Part shown: one piece after another, positions 39,776 through 48,953 of the stretch
How the letters are laid out: each line of letters starts with the position of its first letter
Position numbering within the stretch: position 1 is the stretch's first letter
Virus record (IMG/VR): IMGVR_UViG_3300048672_001051
Coordinates: 62,001 to 126,000 of that record
Direction: 5' to 3' (one strand)
Length of the DNA: 64,000 nt
Notes under the pieces: generated by a model
What the model was told of the DNA's origin: nothing
What the model saw: the letters and a program-made list of their open reading frames with translations, nothing else
Database searches by the model: none
Program-made: the position numbers and the translations under genes

Positions 39776-39999
39776 GCATTAAAACAACTAGCTAAATTAG
39801 CTCGAGTCATAACATTGTTAATATACAAATTTTTAACAATTTCTAAAGAAGCTTCTAAAGCTCCAATAAGCTCTATTTGTGTTACATTGTCATAAGTAAT
39901 TTGAGGAAGCTCCCCACCAATGTCAATGTAAATATGTTTCTTTACAGGTGTTTCAGCAACAACTGTTGTATCTATGTCTGTGTTCGTATCAGGAGTCAT
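39772..39999 (-). CDS. hypothetical protein
   Basis: 75-aa coupled ORF. Confidence 0.5.
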   Translation of the reverse strand: MTPDTNTDIDTTVVAETPVKKHIYIDIGGELPQITYDNVTQIELIGALEASLEIVKNLYINNVMTRANLASCFNA

Positions 40000-40288
40000 T
40001 AAAGACGTAATCTTTTTCTGGTTGTATTTTATTTTGTGTAACAGTTACATTATTTTTAATATCTATAAAAAGAGTATTGTCTAGTTGTTTGAAACAAAAC
40101 GGACATCTAAAAATGTCCGTCACAACACAACTCATTACATATGTGGCCATCTGACAGTGACAACAAGTCACTGTCAGATTATCTGCATTAGCAGAGGGCT
40201 GACTTACAAAATAATCTATCTGTTTAATTGATTTTCTTATGCAATAATTTGCAGTAGTAACAACAATTAACTTAGAGAGATTTATCAA
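39989..40288 (-). CDS. zinc-ribbon hypothetical protein
   Basis: CCHC...CPFC; directly downstream of ThiF. Confidence 0.5.
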   Translation of the reverse strand: MINLSKLIVVTTANYCIRKSIKQIDYFVSQPSANADNLTVTCCHCQMATYVMSCVVTDIFRCPFCFKQLDNTLFIDIKNNVTVTQNKIQPEKDYVFNDS

Positions 40289-40294
40289 GCATGT

Positions 40295-42688
40295 TTAAAC
40301 ACATGAAGTATAATTAGCAACACTATTAAGAACTTGATAATGTTGCAATGCTTTTGTTGTAGTACCGGTAGAGCCGTAACGAGCAACATACGCTTGAGCT
40401 GCTGAAACATCTTCACCAGCTAAATGAGTGCGAATGATCTCTTGAACAGTCCGGTAATCATCAAGTGTACGAGAGGCTGACATATTTGAACCACTAATAA
40501 AAGTAACTTTTTTATGTGTGACAATTTCAGTCAAAACACATTGAAATAAGTTAGCTAGTAGTGACGCAGCAATATCATTGCCACTGAACATTTGCTCAGG
40601 ATTATCGTCAGTACCTCGAGCGTCTACCTCAGCACAGGATTCTATTTGAACTTCTTCAAAGTCGCTAAAAATATCTGCATGATCAATTGTATAATAATCA
40701 CGACCTAAACGGTTGTAATAAACTTGACCATTAAATAAATTAACGCCAGCAGAAAAATAGTAATTATTCCAGTTAAATGCTTCAGAATTAGCTGAGATAT
40801 ACAAATCTAATGCTTTTTTAAAACCTTCATTATCGACTAAATTCATAACATGACTTGTATTATCAATACCAATATCTTTGATATCAATAAATAAATCAAG
40901 ATCGCGATTTAGGTCAGCAGGATTTTCATAAGCAAATTCATCGTAGTCTGAATAGTAGCCAAACTTCGGCAAGTACGAAACAGTGATATTTTGATATAAA
41001 CCGTTGTAACGGTTTGACAAAACTTCAGCTTTGTTTAAGCCAATATCTGCTGAAATAAAGTTCTGCCGAAGCAAATTCTTTTGTTCCCATTTGTTACAAT
41101 TTGAAACTTAGATATTTATTATATTTTCTATCTAAAAAAATAGAAGAATCTTTGTACAATAAATCTAAGAATGTATTTACATTTTGCTTACCAGAAAGCG
41201 TTAAAGCATAACAGCAATTTTCAGTATTAAATCTTTTATATAATTTAGTATTAAATTTAATTGAACAATCAGCCTCAATTAAACTTTTAACTTCATTTAA
41301 AAAAGATTTAGTTCCAGCAATAGATGCACAGTAGCGCGTATAGCCATCCTTACATAAAGATTTAGACATACTGCCATCACCATCAAAGTAACCCCTAATA
41401 AAATGAATAAAAAATTCTTTTGGGATATTTGGAAACTTAAAATCTGTTGTTTTATTTCTGGTAAAACCAAGACTGCGTAATTTGCTAATCATGTGTAAGT
41501 TTGAAAAAGACAGCGAACAAACATTTGTTATTTTGCCAGTAAAGGTACATAACTGTGTAAATGTTTTAATTTTAACGTCACTTTTTAAACAAATTTTAAT
41601 TTTTTCTAAGATTTCAATATCTTTTGAGTTTAATGCAATTTTAAGCTCATAGTCACCGACGTAACCGTCAGCAGCAATAAATCCTAAAATGTAAGCTTTT
41701 TCCTCAGTATTTATGATATCAAAAAAATTATAATCTGCTTTAATAGTATTAAGCCAATCAACTGGCCTTTTAAAATTGTGTCTCTTAGCTAGTGCGTTTA
41801 CATTGACTAGGCTGCAGTTATATTTTATAGCTAACTCTGAAGTTGTCAGACCTTTATCATAATCTTTTAATAAATTTATTACGTCATTTTTAACATGAAA
41901 TAAACCTGCTTTGAATAAACGCCTTTCAGCAGTTTTTTCAGAACAATTTAAAATACGCATAACGTCATTTTTATCAATAAGATTTTTAAAAGAAAGACTT
42001 TTTAAAAGAGTTAACTCTTTAATAATAACATCTTGTTTAATTGGTAAGTACATTATTTTGACTCCTATAATTGTACAATGTGGCGAGACCACTATTGAGA
42101 AAAACAATCATATCAGACAAAATTTCAAACGTCAACCTCCTTTCTGTTCGGGGTTGAACTTTGGCTTGATATTATCTTTAAATAATACCTAGTGTATAAT
42201 ATGCCAAAGAGCAGACTATCGCATAAACTAATGTAATCCCTACATTAGTTTCTCTTTCGCTTAGTCGTTCACGGTGCCTTGAGTTTTAATAGATTTTTAA
42301 ATCTATCTCATGCTTCCGCCTTGTTGTCCTTATACTAGGAGTTCCAAGTCAATTAGAAAGAGTTTTATATCGTCCAACATTAAACGATATCGCCATCAAC
42401 AAGAATAATTTCAACTTTAAAGTTGTGACTACGTTTATGCAAAAGATCATTATAGATCTTTAACAGTTTTGGAAGAATCCAACTTGTAGTACCACCAGCG
42501 CCAAAAATAAATAACTTCTGATCTAAGTACTCCCGTGGAAGCTCTTTTGCATTTTTTAACAGACGAAGAAAAGCAAATTTATCTAACGCATCAATAGCTG
42601 AAATTTTTTCAGGTTGTACTGGACGATATTTAAGTGCACGAATCCACTGCGCCAGTGTGATTTGTTTTAAAATAGGTTCTACTTTCAT
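40295..42688 (-). CDS. ThiF/E1-like adenylyltransferase, two exons (42688-42383, 41086-40295), 365 aa
   Basis: FIFGAGGTTS nucleotide-binding loop; spliced VDGDIV|EQKNLLRQNF; NKAEVL; SCAE...EQ...NDIAA as in PRTRC-type ThiF. Confidence 0.9.
41087..42382 (-). mobile_element. group I intron (1296 nt) in ThiF gene
   Basis: P1 ATATCGTT/GACGATAT ending in U.G; P TTGACTTGGAAC, Q ACAAGGCGGAAG, R GTGAACGACTA, S GCGATAGTCT; terminal G before GAACAA; reading frame restored. Confidence 0.9.
41094..42053 (-). CDS. intron-encoded double-motif LAGLIDADG homing endonuclease
   Basis: YILGFIAADGY and FIRGYFDGDGS; likely start MYLPIKQ with AGGAG upstream. Confidence 0.88.
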   Translation of the reverse strand: MYLPIKQDVIIKELTLLKSLSFKNLIDKNDVMRILNCSEKTAERRLFKAGLFHVKNDVINLLKDYDKGLTTSELAIKYNCSLVNVNALAKRHNFKRPVDWLNTIKADYNFFDIINTEEKAYILGFIAADGYVGDYELKIALNSKDIEILEKIKICLKSDVKIKTFTQLCTFTGKITNVCSLSFSNLHMISKLRSLGFTRNKTTDFKFPNIPKEFFIHFIRGYFDGDGSMSKSLCKDGYTRYCASIAGTKSFLNEVKSLIEADCSIKFNTKLYKRFNTENCCYALTLSGKQNVNTFLDLLYKDSSIFLDRKYNKYLSFKL

Positions 42689-42731
42689 ATTAAATCTTAT
42701 TTATTTAAATTGAATAAAAGCAACACTGAAA

Positions 42732-45700
42732 TCAGTGTTGCGTGACTAAAGCGTTGTGATAGCTGTCTATCAAGAATTTCGCCTCTTCGGCAGGATCCAT
42801 ACTGTCATACGGTACGTCATCATCAACTACAATAATGCTAGAATTTTCTGCATCAGGCGCAGAAAAAATGTCTTGCTCAGAACCGACAGCCAGAAGACCT
42901 TGATTGAAAAAGTGACTTAATTCATTCAATTGATCTTCTGTAAAAGCTGTTTGATAGCCAACAATATCTAACAAAGTTGTAAACAAGTCTACAATTTCGT
43001 CCATGTTTAGTGGTACAGAAGTTTTAGCGTAATAAGGCGTAGGCAACAAACGTCCCAACAACTTCTCAAACTCTTGCAGTAACCGGTGCTGTTGAGTATC
43101 AATAGCCCAAAGAGTTAAATAGACACTTAACGGCTGATATCTTGGATAAACCGGTGGAACATATGGTTTACCTTTACCAGCAGGTGGTGTATAACCAAGA
43201 GCACCAACTGACTTATTGTACGAAGCAATTTCAACAATTTTATCTTCAGAGCCAGCAGGTACACTGTAATCAGAATCTTCTTGAAGTTTTTCAATATCGC
43301 GATCAAAAATATCGTTAACTTTCAAAACAACTTGTTGTTGATTTGAAGCAGCACGAACAACAATTTCAGGGACTTCATTACTAAGCTTACCAATAACGCC
43401 AAACAAACGAGAAGCCTTCTCGTCGTTTAAATCACCACCACTGAAGAATGCCATAATATTCAATACAGATCGTTAATCTGTACCCGCACCTATTAAAGAT
43501 GCTGCTTATACTTTCATATAAGAGTAGACTATATCTTCTTTCAGTTTAAACTGAAAGCTCTCCATTTCCACCCACTTGGGTGTACGATACTCGATTCATT
43601 CAAAAAGAATGTCTTTCTCTAGTCGTTGAACTTTTACCGTAGAATAAATTCTTTAGGTACTTAGCTGCTGATTATCCAATTCTATTAATTTTCAAACATT
43701 CACACTTATCTTTTCAGATTATGTTGTAGTTTAATAGACTCTTATGAATTAATAATACAATCTAATACATATTTTTCTGTAATTAATTTTTTATAAATAA
43801 TTCTAACTAATTTAATATTATTATCTAAACAATATTGATTTTTAATCTCATCACATTCTTTTGAATATTCTGAGTACCATATATGATTTTCATCATAATG
43901 TTGTAACCCATCCGCTTCAATCATAAGATTTTTAGAGGGGATATAAAAATCAATCCTTAAAGGGTATCCTTTAGGAGATAATAATTTTTCATTAGTATAT
44001 TCACAAATAATATTATTATAATTAGCACTTAATGCATTATAAATATTATTTTCAAAGTTAGAATTACTTTTAAAAAATCCTAGCATATTATTTAAATTAC
44101 ACATTGAAATTTTTAATTTAGTTAAAGTTTTATTAGATCTTTTAATAGTGTTAATAATTTCACTATTAGTACAATATCTATTCTTACTTAAAATAAATTC
44201 TAAAATTTCTTTTTCTACTACCTCTTTAGTTAATTCTTCAGAGGATCTTCGAGCTTTTGCTGCACAAGATTTTGAGCAAAATATGGTATTAAGTGTATAC
44301 TTAGTGCCATACTGCATATTAGTGTATAAATTTAAATATTCTTTATTACAGAATTTACATATTTTTTTATTACTTTTCATATCCTATTTCCAATTATATT
44401 TTAATTTCTGCTATTAAAAAGCATTAATATAATTATAATTGAAAGACTTATCAAAGTCGAGGAAAGGAACTTCCAGCAATTAGAAGAGTTTTACATGAGC
44501 ACATTTAAGCTTTACTCATATCTACATGCGACATTGTAGATGTGTTATGAATTGTTTTTTAATATACAATTCCTTGACAAGAATTTCTTTGTAATATAAA
44601 CTTTACGTCATTACACCATGACTATATAAGTCAAAATTTTACGACATAAAGCAGGTACATTAAAATTTGTTAAAACTAGAAAAATACAAAGACTATATTA
44701 TAACAAATATAGCGCAAAACAAACCAATTAGCATAATAGCTAAAGAGTTAAATGAATACCCTCAAGCAGTTAGAAACGTAATAAAAAAATACTTACCTGA
44801 TAAAAAATTTATACATGATCAGGGAAATATTTCTTATTTTAATAAAATAGACTGTGATGCTAAAGCATACTTTATAGGCTTCATTGCTGCAGATGGATCA
44901 CTAGTAAAACGTAAAAGTGATAATAGCATAGCATTAAGTATAACTATCAATAAAAAAGATAAATTAATACTAGATACTTTAAAAAATTGTATAGGTTGTG
45001 AAAATCCTGTAAGTTTTTTAAAATTAAATGATTTAGTAAGGTTTGTTATACAAAACAAACAAATATCAGATGATCTACAAACTTACGGAATTGAGCCTAA
45101 CAAATCTTTAACTATGCCGTCAATTATTCATAAAATACCGAAAGAATACAGAAAAGCATTCTTAAGAGGTTATTTTGATGGCGATGGTAGTGTATTCAAA
45201 AGTTCTAAAAACAAATATTATGTAACTATAAGAGGCACGTTAGAATTTTTACAAGCATACATAGAAGAGTTTAATTTAAGTTCGTATTCGTTAAAAAAAT
45301 ACGATTACGAAAAAATTGGGAAATTAACAACAGGGTCTAAAGACTCTATTAAAAAATTTATAACTATGTATGAAAATTCTGAAATACACTTACAAAGAAA
45401 ACATGAAATATTTTTAAATTTCATGGAAAAACATTGTCAAGATCAGACTATCTCATCACCCTAGTTTAACTAGGGTGTGCGGCACTCGTGTCGGTCTTAT
45501 TGGACTAGATCCTCAACCGTTAGTCGTTACACCCAACTGACTACTTTTACTCTATTCGTCAGTCTTGGCACGGTATTGTCCTTTTTCTAGGAGTTTCACC
45601 GTTAGCATTAACTATATTAGTTAACACACCCTTTTCAGGTTCACCGCATTATTCAATTAGCATTACTGCTAAAGGCCACTCGCTTTTAATGGATATCCAT

Positions 45701-46111
45701 AACGATGAAAAAGTTTGAATTGTTAAGCATCGCAGGATCATTTTGAAAATTAACTGTAGCCCCACCAACACGTTGTTCAGGCACATACAGAAAATAGTCT
45801 TGCTTTGCAATATCCCAATAAATTGAGATATACACTTCTGATCGCATCTTATTTTTAATAACGCGGAAAAATTCAACGATATTAGTAAGAAGTGCGACGG
45901 GAATTTTCGGAAGTGCAGAAACGTAGCTAACTTCACAAGTTTGATTAAGACCTAAACGCTTTAGGTCAATCTTATCAATTTGAATAGTAAAAGTGCCTAC
46001 AGGCTCTTTACGACGTTGCCAAATACCATTAGCAAAAGCAGCGTTTGAGAACTTTTTAGTTTCATCAAAACATTCTACTGTAAAGCCATTTAAATCAGGA
46101 AACATACTCAT
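42732..46111 (-). CDS. JAB/MPN metalloprotease (PRTRC protein A-like), three exons (46111-45689, 44531-44514, 43451-42732), 386 aa
   Basis: Spliced sequence reads ...SEV...VPEQ...MDIH|SHVDMS|AFFSGGDLNDE, the canonical E...HSH...S..D JAB motif. Confidence 0.9.
43452..44513 (-). mobile_element. group I intron B of JAB gene (1062 nt)
   Basis: P1 ATGAGT/GCTCAT; P10 AATGT/GCATT; P ATTGCTGGAAG, Q AATCAGCAGC, R GTTCAACGACTAG, S AAGATATAGTCT; ends ...ATTATG. Confidence 0.92.
43742..44380 (-). CDS. intron-encoded Vsr/EDxHD-like homing endonuclease
   Basis: CKFC...FCSKSC zinc motif; RIDFYIPSKNLMIEADGLQHY...DEIKNQYC. Confidence 0.8.
   Translation of the reverse strand: MKSNKKICKFCNKEYLNLYTNMQYGTKYTLNTIFCSKSCAAKARRSSEELTKEVVEKEILEFILSKNRYCTNSEIINTIKRSNKTLTKLKISMCNLNNMLGFFKSNSNFENNIYNALSANYNNIICEYTNEKLLSPKGYPLRIDFYIPSKNLMIEADGLQHYDENHIWYSEYSKECDEIKNQYCLDNNIKLVRIIYKKLITEKYVLDCIINS
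44574..44602 (+). promoter_or_regulatory. sigma70-like promoter for the antisense endonuclease
   Basis: TTGACA (44574-79), 17 nt, TAAACT (44597-602), 65 nt upstream of the plus-strand ORF. Confidence 0.65.
44667..45464 (+). CDS. LAGLIDADG homing endonuclease, antisense within intron A
   Basis: YFIGFIAADGSL and FLRGYFDGDGSV; homologous to the 41094-42053 enzyme. Confidence 0.88.
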   Translation: MLKLEKYKDYIITNIAQNKPISIIAKELNEYPQAVRNVIKKYLPDKKFIHDQGNISYFNKIDCDAKAYFIGFIAADGSLVKRKSDNSIALSITINKKDKLILDTLKNCIGCENPVSFLKLNDLVRFVIQNKQISDDLQTYGIEPNKSLTMPSIIHKIPKEYRKAFLRGYFDGDGSVFKSSKNKYYVTIRGTLEFLQAYIEEFNLSSYSLKKYDYEKIGKLTTGSKDSIKKFITMYENSEIHLQRKHEIFLNFMEKHCQDQTISSP

Positions 46112-46959
46112 TGGAAAAATCTACCTACACGGGTTAGTTCATTACGAGTTATATTACGTAAAAAATTTTGGGATGGGCTTGGCAATACATTGTATTGATA
46201 ATACATGTAAATATAAGACATTTCATTTAATCGCAAATGAGCTTCATTTGTAAAAAAGTCTGGTCTGAAAACAGTTTGAAGAAAATCTTTAAATCCAGGC
46301 GTAGAATTTACTAGATCTCTACCTACAGCCACGTTAGGATCTAAATCTGTATTAAACAAACTGCTTAAGTACAAACGTACAAAACCTGCTTGGTCTGCTG
46401 GTGAAGTAGAATTCAAAACAGCTTGTGCTGTGTCTGCAATGTCATGAGGCCAACAAATTTTATCACTGTAGTGATTATTAAATACACTTTTATGATATTT
46501 TGTTTCGTCTGTAACATTTAAACTCAAGCCTGTCATTTCAGCAAAACAGACATTATAACTAATAAAATTTCGAGAAGCATTATTGTTTGAAATAATAAAA
46601 CCTAAAATATTTTTAAATTTAAATGCTGGAAAGTTTAATGCATGACGATTACCAACACTGTGCACTTTAAAGTGATCGTTTGGTATTAGATACTGACTAA
46701 TCGTATCAACTGAGTTACCAGCAAAATTCAAAGCTACAGTCAATTCTGGATAGTGAAACAAACGTTTAATTCGTGATTCTAAAATGACTTCACGAATTAA
46801 GTTTGTACCAATATATCCAGAGTCTTTACGAGAAACTTTCTGTGCACCAAAAAAGTCAACAATATCTGTATAAGGAATTTGTTTTGTAATTTGACGGCCT
46901 TGCTCTTCAGTGGTAACTGCAACATGAGTAGCTTGTGGAATATATTTAAAAGTAATCAT
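46108..46959 (-). CDS. prokaryotic E2-like protein (Prok-E2 family D / PRTRC protein B-like)
   Basis: YHKSVFNNHYSDKICWP and YLSSLFNTDL patterns; lies between Ubl and JAB. Confidence 0.65.
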   Translation of the reverse strand: MITFKYIPQATHVAVTTEEQGRQITKQIPYTDIVDFFGAQKVSRKDSGYIGTNLIREVILESRIKRLFHYPELTVALNFAGNSVDTISQYLIPNDHFKVHSVGNRHALNFPAFKFKNILGFIISNNNASRNFISYNVCFAEMTGLSLNVTDETKYHKSVFNNHYSDKICWPHDIADTAQAVLNSTSPADQAGFVRLYLSSLFNTDLDPNVAVGRDLVNSTPGFKDFLQTVFRPDFFTNEAHLRLNEMSYIYMYYQYNVLPSPSQNFLRNITRNELTRVGRFFQ

Positions 46960-47318
46960 AAGTATTGTGAACTCTGAAGTGGGGCGCTAAGCGAAGCTTT
47001 AAAAAATGTCTTAAATTCTAAAAAGTAACTTAAAGGAATAACGACACGATCAGTTTCTGCATCTAATGCCTGCAGAAACTGCGTAAGATTTTGATTACTA
47101 GGTTGAAATGCAGAAAAATGCGAATAAGCCGCAGCTTTATCTGCCCGACATCTGCGAAAAAAATCAACTAAATTTTGAAAATTAGTATCAACAACGCCAG
47201 CAGAATTTACAAAATTTTGTAAATTATCATAAAAAATATTGAGCGGTGTAGGTTCGTTATTAGATTGTAATTGGTCTTGGATATTCATAGACGTAATATT
47301 TCTCAGAGTTAGGTACAA
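46956..47318 (-). CDS. hypothetical protein within the Ubl module
   Basis: ORF; likely start MNIQDQL. Confidence 0.5.
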   Translation of the reverse strand: MYLTLRNITSMNIQDQLQSNNEPTPLNIFYDNLQNFVNSAGVVDTNFQNLVDFFRRCRADKAAAYSHFSAFQPSNQNLTQFLQALDAETDRVVIPLSYFLEFKTFFKASLSAPLQSSQYL

Positions 47319-47859
47319 CAGTCAAGGGGACTATAGTCAACCGCGGACCATCTGTAACGTTGCCAGTATTTGCTACTTTAAAATAGCTACCAGCAGAATC
47401 TTTTATGGCAATTCTTTGGCTCATAAATACAGCTAAGAAGTCTTCAGTCTTTGTATGAATAGCAAATTCAAGATAAAGGCTAGGACATAACTGATCGGGA
47501 GTTACGTTAAAAGTGCTACACAAACCATTTTCAAAAGATTTGTAACGTTCTAAAGGGTACAAAAGCAATTGATTTAATAAAGTTGCTTCTAGAGTTTCAT
47601 TTAAGCTAAATACGAAGTTTTTAAAACTAGTACCTAATTGTAAATAATACTCAGGTTTTACTAAAGGTTCTACAGTTGATTTATTATGAATTATAGATAA
47701 ATATTTTTCATAATTAATATGTTCAACTACAGTTTTAACCCACTCTACAAATTTCTGTTTTTTTATATTATCTAAATTTTGACAATATCTATAAAGAATA
47801 TAACCTTTTAATTCGTACATAATAATTTCTTTGGCAGTATAAAAAGGTTGAGGTTGCAC
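47260..47859 (-). CDS. hypothetical protein within the Ubl module
   Basis: ORF; likely start MYELKG at about 47819. Confidence 0.5.
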   Translation of the reverse strand: MQPQPFYTAKEIIMYELKGYILYRYCQNLDNIKKQKFVEWVKTVVEHINYEKYLSIIHNKSTVEPLVKPEYYLQLGTSFKNFVFSLNETLEATLLNQLLLYPLERYKSFENGLCSTFNVTPDQLCPSLYLEFAIHTKTEDFLAVFMSQRIAIKDSAGSYFKVANTGNVTDGPRLTIVPLTVVPNSEKYYVYEYPRPITI

Positions 47860-47871
47860 TCGTGCAACCTC
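47850..47871. terminator. hairpin downstream of the Ubl gene
   Basis: GAGGTTGCAC-TC-GTGCAACCTC perfect 10-bp stem. Confidence 0.55.
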
Positions 47872-47895
47872 ACTAGCTAAGCTTTCGCCAGCTTA

Positions 47896-48108
47896 TTACG
47901 CAGCGTTTTTAGTGCCGGTAGGGATGGTAAATGTTAGAACATTTACACCGTTAACAACGTTAACAACAGGTGTAGCATTACGCAATTCTGCGTAAGTGCC
48001 CGACAATTCAGTCTTAATTTGTTCTGGGGTGTAACCAGTAACAGTAGAGTTGATGCCGCCAGCTGGGTATTGAACTTGGTAAACAGTTTGAGTGAACATA
48101 GTAGTCAT
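47896..48108 (-). CDS. ubiquitin-like protein (PRTRC protein C-like)
   Basis: 70 aa; TPEQIKTELSGTYAELRNA and C-terminal LTFTIPTGTK match the Prok_Ub pattern; ends GTKNAA. Confidence 0.75.
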   Translation of the reverse strand: MTTMFTQTVYQVQYPAGGINSTVTGYTPEQIKTELSGTYAELRNATPVVNVVNGVNVLTFTIPTGTKNAA

Positions 48109-48201
48109 ATAGATAAATCCTAAATAAAATAGCCTAATTGAAAGATAAATTTGAAATTATTGGCTATTTATAATTTCAAAAATTTTACATTTATATGCTT
48201 A

Positions 48202-48447
48202 TTAACGAATCTGAGACGCGATAGTAAGCAGTGAGTTTACAGCAGTTTGCAAAGTTTCAGCAAGTTGAGTCAATTGAACAGCAGCTGGGTTATTAACACC
48301 AGGCGATTGCAGTTGACTTAAAATGTTAGAAGTTTGCGGGGGAGTTGGCGCTTGAACACCAGCCATGAGTTGAGGACCAAGAGCTGGGATAGGCTCTGGA
48401 ATAACTCCGGGTTGGTTGCCTTGGCGCAACTGGGTCATAATATCCAT
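48202..48447 (-). CDS. Pro/Gln-rich low-complexity protein
   Basis: 81 aa; disordered-looking N-terminus and helical C-terminus. Confidence 0.6.
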   Translation of the reverse strand: MDIMTQLRQGNQPGVIPEPIPALGPQLMAGVQAPTPPQTSNILSQLQSPGVNNPAAVQLTQLAETLQTAVNSLLTIASQIR

Positions 48448-48452
48448 AGATT

Positions 48453-48872
48453 TTAAAGTATCAGTTGGTTACGAGCATCTGAGACTGGGCTACAAATATA
48501 CGAGTCGTTTTGGCTCATAAGTGTTGCACGGTCTTCAGGACAATTTGCATTATGGTCGTTAATAAAATCTTGAATAACAGCAGTATTCAAAGCTTTATGA
48601 CCAATAACACGAGTTACGCGTGAGATAACTTTTAAGCGACCAACTTCAGAATAAGGTATAAATCCATGAAATTTATAACTATTCTTGTTAATGCTTAAAT
48701 CATTATTTACACAGTTAAGACGTAGTAAATAAATACCATGCTTAACGTTATCTTTGGCTGCAACAACGTAGTCGTGACCACGAGGATGATGCCAAATACG
48801 TACAACTGTTCCAAGTGTCAAACGACTACTAGGAATTTCAGATTGGACGATAGTAGAAACTGCAGATGTCAA
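48453..48872 (-). CDS. hypothetical protein
   Basis: 139-aa ORF. Confidence 0.55.
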   Translation of the reverse strand: MTSAVSTIVQSEIPSSRLTLGTVVRIWHHPRGHDYVVAAKDNVKHGIYLLRLNCVNNDLSINKNSYKFHGFIPYSEVGRLKVISRVTRVIGHKALNTAVIQDFINDHNANCPEDRATLMSQNDSYICSPVSDARNQLIL

Positions 48873-48953
48873 TCTCTTCCACCTTTTTTTTAGAATTAAA
48901 AAATAAGTATAATTTAAAAACTATACACCAAAGATGCTTAAAAATCTAAAGCA

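Larger units (their letters stand above)
44532..45688 (-). mobile_element. group I intron A of JAB gene (1157 nt)
   Basis: Guide GCGA-GTGG pairs 5' exon CCAT and 3' exon TCGC; P AACGGTGAAAC, Q ATACCGTGCC, R GTAACGACTA, S GAGATAGTCT; P9 arms CTTGACAA/TTGTCAAG flank the endonuclease gene. Confidence 0.92.

Noticed and set aside
44617-44633. Extra intron core S element (CTTATATAGTC) suggesting a nested intron
   Set aside because: It is part of a local GACT-TATAT-AGTC hairpin, and no matching additional P/Q/R set lies nearby.
40295-46111. ThiF and JAB as pseudogenes, or TAA stop-codon recoding
   Set aside because: The in-frame TAA codons are the first bases of group I introns with full core motifs and guide pairings. 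All other genes end normally under the standard code.
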